DNA from: Candidatus Omnitrophota bacterium
GTDB taxonomy: Bacteria; Omnitrophota; Gorgyraeia; JABMRN01; RBG-13-46-9
DNA length: 64,000 nt
Reading direction: 5' to 3'
Assembly: GCA_013203315.1 (NCBI GenBank)
Contig: JABMQJ010000001.1
Location: 16,382-80,381 of the forward strand
Positions within the stretch are counted from its first letter, which is position 1. Every line of letters begins with the position of its first letter. The translations under genes and the position numbers were made by a program. Below the pieces are notes generated by a model that was given only the letters and a program-made list of their open reading frames with translations, did not search any database and was not told the origin of the DNA. Positions 35,439 through 42,888 of the stretch are shown here, in pieces.

Positions 35439-36095
35439 ATGAAGATATTAATTTTAATAGTAGCGATGTGCATGATGGCAGCGAATGTGTTTGCCGAGGG
35501 GGATATGGCAACGCAGGCAAGTCCTTCGGTGACGATAAAACTTCCGACGCCCGAGACGAGCGGAGGCAAACCGTTGATGCAGGCGCTGAAAGATAGAAAA
35601 TCGAGTAGAAACTTTAGTGACAAGGAGTTACCACAGCAGGTATTATCCGACCTTTTGTGGGCAGCGTTCGGCATAAACAGGCCGGATTCAGGAATGCGCA
35701 CGGCACCCACAGCGCATAATATGCAGGAAATCTATATTTTTGTGGCAATGTCCAAAGGCCTTTATCTTTATGAACCAAAGCAGCATATATTGAAGCTGAT
35801 GCTAGCCGAAGATATACGCGCTGTAACCGGTATGCAGGAGTTTGTGGCAACAGCACCGGTGAACCTTATCTATGTGGCGGAATATTCCAAGATGGCCAAT
35901 ATAGGCAGTGAGAAAGACTTTTACTCAGCTACAGACACCGGATTTATTTCTCAGAATGTATATTTATATTGCGCATCGAAGGGCCTGGCAACAGTCGTAC
36001 GCGGCTGGGTAGACAGGAAAGCTCTGGGAAAAGCAATGAACCTACGCCCCGACCAGAAGATAATCCTTGCCCAGACGGTCGGGTACGAAAAATAA
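35439..36095 (+). CDS. nitroreductase-family protein with N-terminal signal peptide
   Basis: Starts at ATG after AAGGAGGAAATCA. MKILILIVAMCMMAANVFAEG signal peptide, then a nitroreductase fold (DLLWAAFGINR, TAPTAHNMQ). The ORF-track N-terminal extension is spurious. Confidence 0.7.
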   Translation: MKILILIVAMCMMAANVFAEGDMATQASPSVTIKLPTPETSGGKPLMQALKDRKSSRNFSDKELPQQVLSDLLWAAFGINRPDSGMRTAPTAHNMQEIYIFVAMSKGLYLYEPKQHILKLMLAEDIRAVTGMQEFVATAPVNLIYVAEYSKMANIGSEKDFYSATDTGFISQNVYLYCASKGLATVVRGWVDRKALGKAMNLRPDQKIILAQTVGYEK

Positions 36096-36107
36096 CGAAG
36101 AGTTATT

Positions 36108-36143
36108 CACAGGGCAGGGCGCTCTTGGGGGTGCCCTGCTTGC
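36108..36143. repeat. REP-like hairpin element, copy 3 (CACAGGGCAGGGCGC-TCTTGGGGG-TGCCCT-GCTTGC)
   Basis: Lies between the convergent nitroreductase and NYN genes. The 3' end abuts the NYN stop codon. Confidence 0.5.
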
Positions 36144-36643
36144 TATAGCACGCCTTTACCCTCTAGATATTCCTCGTAATAATCAGTTACTTTTCTGTTT
36201 TTCGTTGCGCTAAACGACTTATCCGCATGCATGGCCGGTTTATTGGCATGTTTTTTGGTTTTTTGCAAGAATGTTGGGTATTCAACCCGCGCACCGTGCA
36301 CGCGAGAGCCATTTCGTACCCGGTTATCATGCGATATGACAGTTATGCTAGATGGCTCCTTCGAATTCTTCACCATGCTTATTATGCGATCATCCGCTGC
36401 TTCTTTGGCGCGCGTAAAAACGCAGTCAATGCCGCCTATCTTTGTGCGGGAATAATCCATAAAGTCGACATCCCTCCCGTCAAATACTATAATAATTTCC
36501 GCATTAACACGGCTACGCTTCCATCCCGCCACATGCATTGCCAGGGCGCTCCTGGCTTCGGCAAGGCTTTCCTTAAGCTTCGCCGTGAGCTCCGAAATCC
36601 GGTAAATAACGTTATATCCGTCTAGTATAAATATCTTTTTCAT
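36143..36643 (-). CDS. NYN-domain protein, YacP/Rae1-like predicted ribonuclease
   Basis: ILDGYNVIY N-terminus plus PIN-like acidic residues; 166 aa. Confidence 0.7.
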   Translation of the reverse strand: MKKIFILDGYNVIYRISELTAKLKESLAEARSALAMHVAGWKRSRVNAEIIIVFDGRDVDFMDYSRTKIGGIDCVFTRAKEAADDRIISMVKNSKEPSSITVISHDNRVRNGSRVHGARVEYPTFLQKTKKHANKPAMHADKSFSATKNRKVTDYYEEYLEGKGVL

Positions 36644-36655
36644 ATCCGTGAGTTA

Positions 36656-36693
36656 TCTTTCGACCGTTTCAGAATTTGGGCTCAACGCAGAAC
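36656..36693. repeat. intergenic repeat family, copy F (core only)
   Basis: Plus strand reads TCTTTCGACCGTTTCAGAATTTGGGCTC. It lies in the 5' leader of the NYN gene, 13 nt from ATG and downstream of a TATAAT box. Confidence 0.55.
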
Positions 36694-36721
36694 AGTGTAT
36701 TTAAATTATACCCCTAAAATA

Positions 36722-36768
36722 GAAACGCCTCAAGGAAAACCTTGAGGCGTCACGGTACACTGTTTCGT
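36722..36768 (-). terminator. rho-independent terminator of 36776-37603, overlapped by the TTGAGG-17-TATAAT promoter for the NYN gene
   Basis: Minus strand reads CGCCTCAAGGttttCCTTGAGGCG followed by TTTCTATTTT. The same region reads ccTTGAGGcgtttctattttaggggTATAAT. Confidence 0.6.
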
Positions 36769-36775
36769 TCAAATT

Positions 36776-37603
36776 TTATTCTATATCCTCGTCTTTCCCG
36801 TTAATGAATTGCAACATGGATGCTCTGTTTTTTTGAATACGGTTTGCAATAAGTTTCAGGGACCCTTCGTCTAACTCCGGTTTTTCTGTCTCGGTTTCGG
36901 ATTGCGCGGGTGTTTCTGTAATCTTGGTGGTTACTGCAATTGTGCAACCCGTGTTACGAGACGCCTCGAGATCGCTTGAAAAAAAGTTAACCATATACGG
37001 CTTAGGGTCGTGGTACACAATCGTCTGAACAAGCCAAGCGTCTTCATACCACATTTCACCCTTATCAAGAGGTTCTCCCGGCTGTGGCAGATGTGGCTGA
37101 TTATATACAATTAACTGGACAAGCCGGCCATCCTTATAGTTATACTCGGGATAACCGTCTATTTCGCTGGGATCTATCGGAAGGTACTCCCTTATATCCA
37201 TATTGGGAAACTTCAGGTCCACCGGGTATTTTTCGTATTCTTTTTTTGGTATCAACGGTTCTCTGGGCAACTCTATTATCCTGGCAATCGGGTTTTCTAA
37301 GCCTGGCTTCGGAGCCAAACCGCGTACGGGATCGGACCCTATGTCTTTATTAGGGTATTTAATTATCTCGAAACCCTTTTCGGGCAGCTCGATATTATCC
37401 CCTATTTCTTTTTTCACGATCAACTCTTTTTTCGTTTCTAGCACTTCCTTAAACTGTTTCACGGATCTGCTCGGAATTTCTTTGAGTTCTTTATCTTTAT
37501 ATGCATTCGCTTTGCCTTTTTCGGCAAGGCAAGGACTCTGAGAAACCACAATACCCAAACAGATTACGAGCACGATAACCTTAATTGTCATTCTGCCATT
37601 CAT
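36776..37603 (-). CDS. secreted Pro/Glu-rich protein, hypothetical
   Basis: Signal peptide MNGRMTIKVIVLVICLGIVVSQSPCLA; 275 aa. Confidence 0.4.
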   Translation of the reverse strand: MNGRMTIKVIVLVICLGIVVSQSPCLAEKGKANAYKDKELKEIPSRSVKQFKEVLETKKELIVKKEIGDNIELPEKGFEIIKYPNKDIGSDPVRGLAPKPGLENPIARIIELPREPLIPKKEYEKYPVDLKFPNMDIREYLPIDPSEIDGYPEYNYKDGRLVQLIVYNQPHLPQPGEPLDKGEMWYEDAWLVQTIVYHDPKPYMVNFFSSDLEASRNTGCTIAVTTKITETPAQSETETEKPELDEGSLKLIANRIQKNRASMLQFINGKDEDIE

Positions 37604-37733
37604 TTCATTTACCCCCTTCTTGCTTACGGTTTTTAAAACTCTTTACTTTCGTGTCAAAAAAATAACTCGAATCTCATACTCTATAACAAAATCACAGCTT
37701 GTTTACTCCTGTTATTTTCTGACTATTTTATTC

Positions 37734-39167
37734 TTAATTTTGCTTACTTCTTATCATTTGAGCTTCAGGGCTTCTCGGGTATTTTCGTAATACAAGCGCA
37801 TAATAGTGCTCTGCTTCCTTTGTATTATTCAGTCTTTCTTCATATATAATTCCCGTAGCATACAGTGCCATGCTTGCAAACGTAGACTCGGGATATTTAC
37901 GAGAGACCTTTTGGAAAGTCTCTATCGCTTTCTCGGACATGCCAAGATAGTTGTAATAGGCACCTATAAAAAGGAAGATCTGTGGCTTATGGCCCAAACT
38001 CGGATGCATGGCCATTATCGCTTCCAGCGTCCTAATTCCCTGCAAGTGTTTACTTCTGTCCTTTGTCTTTATCGCATTGTCTATTAACTCAATCGCCTTC
38101 CTAAGGTCAAGAGCGGCTTCTTTCGGCTCGAGGTCAGATATATATAATGGGGCGGGCCTTAAGAGCTCTCTTGTCCTGTATTTTCCATTACTGATTAAAA
38201 GCGCAACCTGGACTTTCTCTCCGATTTCATAGAACTCCGTCATTTCCTGCCATTCTTTTTCCAATAGCTGGCGCGGGGCCATGGGTGCCTCCCCCTTAAA
38301 TACTTCTGTTGCCTCCCCGCCACCTAGTATTACCTGCTGCTGTTTAAGCGCTCCTTCTGGTATGAATGTTGACACAACCTTTACCCTGCCGTTTAATACA
38401 CCAAGCCGCGTCATCATTGAGGGCTGTGCGGAAACATCTACTAAAAAATCAGTTCCCAGCGCCGTGGCTGTGGCTTCGGGAGTTGCCATGACAAAACGTG
38501 ACCCCTTGAATTTTTTGCTTAAACGCACCAGCGTTTTACCTTTTTTGAGGTTGTATACTGTCTTGCCGGGCACATATTTTGGCAATAACTTCGCTATTTT
38601 TATTTCAGAATTCTGCTTAATCCTGACCCTGTATTTATTTGTATGCGCTATGTCAACAAAAGATCCACTGTCAACGGTTAGCGTATCGTTCTTGCCGAGT
38701 AGTAGCCCTTTGGTTCCTTTGGCCCACTTACGCCCCCTATGACTGTAAATCATTACTTTGCCCTTTACCGTCACAATCTGTACGGGCTGGACCACTAAAT
38801 ATGTAAGAACCCCGTATGCCGACACAAACAAAAGGAGCGTTACGACAACCCTTGCAAGCATGGGCGCAGGCAGGACAAAGACTTCCCGGGTTCTTTGAAG
38901 AACGCGAGTTACAATGAAACCTATCCTGTTTTCTTCCCTGCTTTTTAAAGTGTTACGCAGTTTTTGATTGAAGGCCCGGTCGAAAGAGGTAGACAGCTTT
39001 TCTCTATCCGCATGCCTAATGACCAGATTCGAATTCTTTAATAAAAGGGCTGTTTTCCTGCAGGATTCGCACTCGCTAAGATGGCTCTCTACCCTTTCCC
39101 TTTCAGGGAGAGAGCACCTCTGATCTATATATCTCGATAATAATTCGAAAGGCATTTTGTGCTTCAT
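37734..39167 (-). CDS. anti-sigma factor (zf-HC2 N-terminus, TM, FecR-like domain, C-terminal TPR repeats)
   Basis: N-terminal HLSECESCRK; one TM helix; FecR-like beta domain; C-terminal TPR repeats (YYNYLGMSEKAIETFQKV...). Overlaps the sigma factor gene by 4 nt. Confidence 0.65.
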   Translation of the reverse strand: MKHKMPFELLSRYIDQRCSLPERERVESHLSECESCRKTALLLKNSNLVIRHADREKLSTSFDRAFNQKLRNTLKSREENRIGFIVTRVLQRTREVFVLPAPMLARVVVTLLLFVSAYGVLTYLVVQPVQIVTVKGKVMIYSHRGRKWAKGTKGLLLGKNDTLTVDSGSFVDIAHTNKYRVRIKQNSEIKIAKLLPKYVPGKTVYNLKKGKTLVRLSKKFKGSRFVMATPEATATALGTDFLVDVSAQPSMMTRLGVLNGRVKVVSTFIPEGALKQQQVILGGGEATEVFKGEAPMAPRQLLEKEWQEMTEFYEIGEKVQVALLISNGKYRTRELLRPAPLYISDLEPKEAALDLRKAIELIDNAIKTKDRSKHLQGIRTLEAIMAMHPSLGHKPQIFLFIGAYYNYLGMSEKAIETFQKVSRKYPESTFASMALYATGIIYEERLNNTKEAEHYYALVLRKYPRSPEAQMIRSKQN

Positions 39168-39811
39168 TTTACGCCACTTTTTTGCGGAATTTTAATTTTC
39201 TTTATAAACTGTTTCCGTGCCCTTGCAAGCCGCGAAGAAATTGTCTTCATATTTGTTTTCAGCACTTTGGCTGCCTCTTCGTAAGAAAGGCCTTCTATTA
39301 CGCAGAGCGCAATGACATCCCTGTAAAGCGGATGAAGGCTTTTCAGGGCATTTTCTATCGCTTCCTTGAGTTCCTTATTTTTCACGAAGGAATCTGCCGA
39401 AAACCCGTCTTTCGTCAATACGCCTTCGAGGTTGATATCCATGTCCCCTTTTCCCGCTCGACCGGACAAAGATACCTGCCGCATCGAACTCCTTTTCTTT
39501 AATTCGTTTTTTGCCAGATTCGAAGCTATTGTATAAATCCAGGCCTTAAAAAGCCCCCTGGGCTCGTATCTATTGATGTTAAGGTATATGTTTATAAAAA
39601 CTTCCTGCGTAAGCTCTTCGGCAACCGCCCTATCGCCTATCTTTCTGTTGATGAAATTAAATATTCTTTCCTTGTACGCATTATACAATTCATCAAAGCA
39701 GGCCCGGTCGCCTTCCCTGAATTTCCTTACCAGGGCATCGTCTTTATTCATTACCCTCTCTATATATATTAAACAATATTTTGTGCCGAAAACTCCACGT
39801 TCTATAGACAT
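39164..39811 (-). CDS. ECF (sigma-24-type) RNA polymerase sigma factor
   Basis: Region 2 (YNAYKERIFNFINRKIGDRAVAEELTQEVFINIY) and region 4 (SYEEAAKVLKTNMKTISSRLARARK). Start is probably the internal MNKDD near 39751. Confidence 0.8.
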   Translation of the reverse strand: MSIERGVFGTKYCLIYIERVMNKDDALVRKFREGDRACFDELYNAYKERIFNFINRKIGDRAVAEELTQEVFINIYLNINRYEPRGLFKAWIYTIASNLAKNELKKRSSMRQVSLSGRAGKGDMDINLEGVLTKDGFSADSFVKNKELKEAIENALKSLHPLYRDVIALCVIEGLSYEEAAKVLKTNMKTISSRLARARKQFIKKIKIPQKSGVK

Positions 39812-39840
39812 TCTGTATCAGCTTGCTTTTTTTGTCAATA

Positions 39841-39880
39841 AAAAAAACGGGACTGGTTTTTACCAAATCCCGTTTTTTTT
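39841..39880 (-). terminator. bidirectional rho-independent terminator
   Basis: Sequence A8-ACGGGACTGGtttttaCCAAATCCCGT-T8. On the minus strand the hairpin is followed by a T8 run, after the stop of 39910-41463. Confidence 0.75.
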
Positions 39881-39909
39881 GTTATCTGCGATTTAACGCT
39901 GATTGTTAC

Positions 39910-41463
39910 TTATTCATCTTCCTCTTCGCTTCCTGTCTCATCTTCGGCATCGTATGAGCTGAAGGCCTCCAGGAGAATTATGGCGCCTTTACCGCCTGAA
40001 TAAACAGCACCCGGCGTTTCCCGGAGAATACCTTTAAATGCTTCCTGCAACTTATTTTTGTGCTGCATCCATTCGTTTTCCAACAACGAAATCTTGTTAA
40101 CCCGGCCTGTGTTGAAGTTTTTTGCGAAATCCATTTTTGCGGCAGGTACTTTTCCGCGTGTCCCAAACTTTTCGGCTTTTTCAAAAAGATTATTTGGCTT
40201 TGATGCGGATCCCCCCTCCTGTATCGGGCTTTGGTTTTTGCCGGTCTTATAGGCGTAAATCGGTTGCGCTTCATATGCTGCTTTTTGATCTTCGATAACC
40301 TGTGGCTTATACAATTTAATATCTACGCTTTCGGTTCGCTCATCGTTTAATTTTCCGGCAATCTTTTGCTTGGTAACATTGAGGCCAACGAAAATTTCCT
40401 TTATTTCTGTTATTCTTCCGGGCTCTACGCCGGGTGGCCGCGTATATGTTACTGCTATTGTCCAATCATCATTGGTAATGGTAAGGGTGTATCCTCCGCC
40501 GTAAGCTGATTCTGACAAGCTCAAAACAGTATCTCCAAACTGTTGCGGCATGGGTTGTCCCCAATAGTTTCTGGCAAACCACACCAGTATGACTCCTAAA
40601 AGCTCGCGCATTTCACCGTCCATGCGGGATACGCCAAAACCGCTACTTTCCGGGCCTTCATACCGCGAATACCAGCCCCCGTGAGGCAGCCTATAAAAGT
40701 TTCTGTATTCTTCTATATCATCCAAATCATTGAACTCGCCATCCCCGTTTGTATCAAGGAGATTCTTTGCGAGTTCGTCCAAAAAGTCTCGTAAATCCTC
40801 GTCGATTTGACGCTGAAAAAGTTCGGCGAAGGATTCTTCAACGGGATCCCTTGCATCAACGGGATCCCTTGCATCAATAATAATAAGCTTGCTGTTTTCG
40901 TCGTCCCACTTAATCGTAAAACCATCACCGATCGGTATCTTCATAGAGACACCTTCGTCTTTCTCTTTATCCCCGTCCGGATCTCCGTTATTACCTTTAA
41001 GCGCTTCGAGCGCGCTTTCAAGATCTCTTAATCTAATATCTAATTTTTCACGAATATCTTTTTCCGAATCGTCATCCTGATATATACTGATTATATCTTC
41101 CAGAATATCCGAGAGCCCCTTGCTTGGCAGTCCCTTGTTTAGCAGATTTTCGATCTCTTTATTCAGCAAGCCTTTGTATGTTTCAAGGATTTTTGGCAAA
41201 GGCGGATCATTCTTCGGCTTTATCGTTATGGACAAGTTATCTCTGGATTTCTCAGAGAGACTATTTTTCAATTCCAGGTACTGACTCACCAGGGCTTCCC
41301 GTTGGGGGTTATATACAGCGACAATCTTGCCGGAAACCTTTGCCTTGGGCTTCTCCGAAATGCTTTTTGCGTGCGCAAAATCACAGGGAAGCGTCGAAGA
41401 GACAAAAGCCACCACCACTGACATCGCTAAAATCCTATTAAATATTCTTTTCCTGTTTAACAC
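39910..41463 (-). CDS. secreted acidic protein with internal DARDPV tandem repeat, hypothetical
   Basis: GTG start. Signal-like N-terminus; Asp/Glu-rich; an 18-nt direct DNA repeat at 40840-40877 encodes DARDPVDARDPV. Confidence 0.4.
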   Translation of the reverse strand: MLNRKRIFNRILAMSVVVAFVSSTLPCDFAHAKSISEKPKAKVSGKIVAVYNPQREALVSQYLELKNSLSEKSRDNLSITIKPKNDPPLPKILETYKGLLNKEIENLLNKGLPSKGLSDILEDIISIYQDDDSEKDIREKLDIRLRDLESALEALKGNNGDPDGDKEKDEGVSMKIPIGDGFTIKWDDENSKLIIIDARDPVDARDPVEESFAELFQRQIDEDLRDFLDELAKNLLDTNGDGEFNDLDDIEEYRNFYRLPHGGWYSRYEGPESSGFGVSRMDGEMRELLGVILVWFARNYWGQPMPQQFGDTVLSLSESAYGGGYTLTITNDDWTIAVTYTRPPGVEPGRITEIKEIFVGLNVTKQKIAGKLNDERTESVDIKLYKPQVIEDQKAAYEAQPIYAYKTGKNQSPIQEGGSASKPNNLFEKAEKFGTRGKVPAAKMDFAKNFNTGRVNKISLLENEWMQHKNKLQEAFKGILRETPGAVYSGGKGAIILLEAFSSYDAEDETGSEEEDE

Positions 41464-41687
41464 TTTTTTAACTCCGTTCTAAAGTGGGTAAAAAAAATAC
41501 CCCTCACACACGGTGTGCCTTGTATATACAAGTGTACCATAAATTAAAGGGTCTTGTGGGGGGAAATATCTTACTTTTTTATAGCCTAACAAGGTTAAGT
41601 GGCATTAGGAATTATTCTAGGGACGGTTCTCGCTAAGTCTTTTATTTACAGTTGGTTGCGGATTGCTTCATCTACTCTTGTACCGTT

Positions 41688-41719
41688 TCGGGCGCTCTTG
41701 GGGGTGTCCTGCTTGTTCA
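41688..41719. repeat. REP-like hairpin element, copy 4 (GGGCGC-TCTTGGGGG-TGTCCT-GCTTGTTCA)
   Basis: Near-identical to copy 3. It overlaps the last codons and TGA stop of 41717-41950. Confidence 0.5.
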
Positions 41720-41950
41720 CTTCCCCTTTGACCCTCTAATTGCCCAGAGGATAAGACGGATAAGTAAATAGACGGGGTATCCGAGAAGCATAAACATGAA
41801 CGCGAATGTGACTATTTGCTGACCGGCTTGTTCACCAACTATTGCAAACTCGGTCATACGCAGGGCAAATATGACAATTGCGGATATGACCACGATGCCG
41901 AGCAATATGAGCCCTTCCTTCTTTATGATTTTTTTTATACCATCTTTCAT
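41717..41950 (-). CDS. small membrane protein, hypothetical
   Basis: 77 aa with 2 TM helices; SD AAGGAG. Confidence 0.35.
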   Translation of the reverse strand: MKDGIKKIIKKEGLILLGIVVISAIVIFALRMTEFAIVGEQAGQQIVTFAFMFMLLGYPVYLLIRLILWAIRGSKGK

Positions 41951-41964
41951 CCAGACATCTCCTT

Positions 41965-41978
41965 GCCTGCCGGCAGGC
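41965..41978. repeat. GC palindrome GCCTGCCGGCAGGC (same palindrome as in the intergenic repeat family) directly upstream of the SD of 41717-41950
   Basis: Perfect palindrome; the same CTGCC(T)GCCGGCAGG motif is seen in copies A, B and C. Confidence 0.5.
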
Positions 41979-41993
41979 AGACTTTAATTAGGC

Positions 41994-42028
41994 CCCAGGG
42001 ACAGTTCTTAATCTGTCCCTTGCCTGAA
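41994..42028. repeat. REP-like hairpin element, copy 5 (CCAGGGACAG-TTCTTAAT-CTGTCCCT-TGCCTG)
   Basis: Same architecture as the other copies (AGGGnnn-TCTTAAnT-nnnCCCT-TGC). Lies 25 nt after the stop of 42053-42280. Confidence 0.45.
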
Positions 42029-42052
42029 CCGTTCCTATTTTCAATTTTTGAC

Positions 42053-42280
42053 TTACAGCTCGAACTTGCTTTTATCTACTCTCGCGGTTTTAGAAAATTT
42101 TTCTTTAACACCATCCAGAGTATCCTGGAGAGCCTTAAATATTTTCTCCACCTCTTCCGGCGTGGATTCGTAACCGGCACCCGATAAATTACCCAACAGT
42201 TCTATCTTCTTTATCGCATTCGTTACCCTCTGCGTCGCGAGTCTTTTAAACTTATCATGTTTGCTTTCAGATTCTGCCAT
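42053..42280 (-). CDS. small hypothetical protein
   Basis: 75 aa helical protein; strong SD AAGGAGGAAAAT. Confidence 0.35.
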   Translation of the reverse strand: MAESESKHDKFKRLATQRVTNAIKKIELLGNLSGAGYESTPEEVEKIFKALQDTLDGVKEKFSKTARVDKSKFEL

Positions 42281-42315
42281 ATTTTCCTCCTTTTTTTAAA
42301 ATCGTTATTGTTTAG

Positions 42316-42360
42316 CTTTCGACCGTTTCAGAATCCGGAAATTCTTATCAGCTCGTGCAT
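42316..42360. repeat. intergenic repeat family, copy G (variant palindrome AGAATTTCCGGATTCT)
   Basis: Plus strand reads CTTTCGACCGTTTCAGAATCCGGAAATTCTTATCAG. On the minus strand the core ends about 36 nt before the ATG of 42053-42280. Confidence 0.55.
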
Positions 42361-42373
42361 ATCTTCCTCCTAT

Positions 42374-42886
42374 CTAATTTTCGGTTACATGCTCGATTAC
42401 GCTGCTTTTTGCGATGTCACCCGGGGATGTAGTGTCTGCTGTCGGGACTTCTGGGACTATGTCGAGCCCGCCGGAGTTGAAAGCCTCGTAGCAGAGCTCC
42501 GAACAGAAATAATCTTTATCCTTTTGCCACGTATTGGCGATATCTTCAAAGGGGAGTTTAAGCTTTGAGAGAAGTTTTAAAAAACCCAGAAAAAATACGC
42601 CAAGGTAGTCATATTTATTGTTTAACGCGTCTACTAAATACGATATTGTGTTGTTTATATCAAAGCTATGCCCTTCTTTTATTCTATAAACATCATAGCC
42701 CTGTTTTATTTTCCTTATATCACGGGCCCTTACGCCGCCTTTTGTTATCGCTTCTATCACAAGATTCATTTCCGGGGATACACAAACAGCGACGTGTGAA
42801 TATTTACTACCAGTTCCCCACTGTATGATCTTAGATATCCCGTCTTCTCCTTCAAATAAAAGTATATCGCCGGTTTTCATCTGCAT
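42374..42886 (-). CDS. YiiX/YaeF-like permuted papain-fold (NlpC/P60 superfamily) hydrolase
   Basis: Motifs GDILLF...SHVAVCV and a conserved Cys/His pattern; 170 aa. Confidence 0.5.
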   Translation of the reverse strand: MQMKTGDILLFEGEDGISKIIQWGTGSKYSHVAVCVSPEMNLVIEAITKGGVRARDIRKIKQGYDVYRIKEGHSFDINNTISYLVDALNNKYDYLGVFFLGFLKLLSKLKLPFEDIANTWQKDKDYFCSELCYEAFNSGGLDIVPEVPTADTTSPGDIAKSSVIEHVTEN

Positions 42887-42888
42887 AA

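Noticed and set aside
39752-39811. Exact start of the ECF sigma gene
   Set aside because: My base-level reading of this short stretch gave a frame inconsistency with the provided ORF track (one-nucleotide discrepancy around 39780). I defer to the track for the frame and only note that the internal MNKDD is the likelier start.
41463-41690. Possible small RNA or riboswitch in the 230-nt region upstream of the acidic secreted protein
   Set aside because: It contains palindromes (CTTGTATATACAAG, CACACCGTGTGTG) but has no recognisable similarity to known RNA families. It is treated as a promoter/operator region only.
30300-42400. CRISPR array, classical integron attC sites, or ECF-sigma promoters as explanations for the intergenic repeats
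   Set aside because: Repeats are separated by whole genes at kb-scale, irregular spacing and are partly palindromic with variable centres, so they are not CRISPR. The canonical attC cores GTTRRRY/RYYYAAC are not evident and no integrase gene is in the window; only an attC-like architecture analogy is retained. There is no consistently spaced -10 (CGTC/GTC-type) downstream of the conserved core across copies, so an ECF promoter is not supported.
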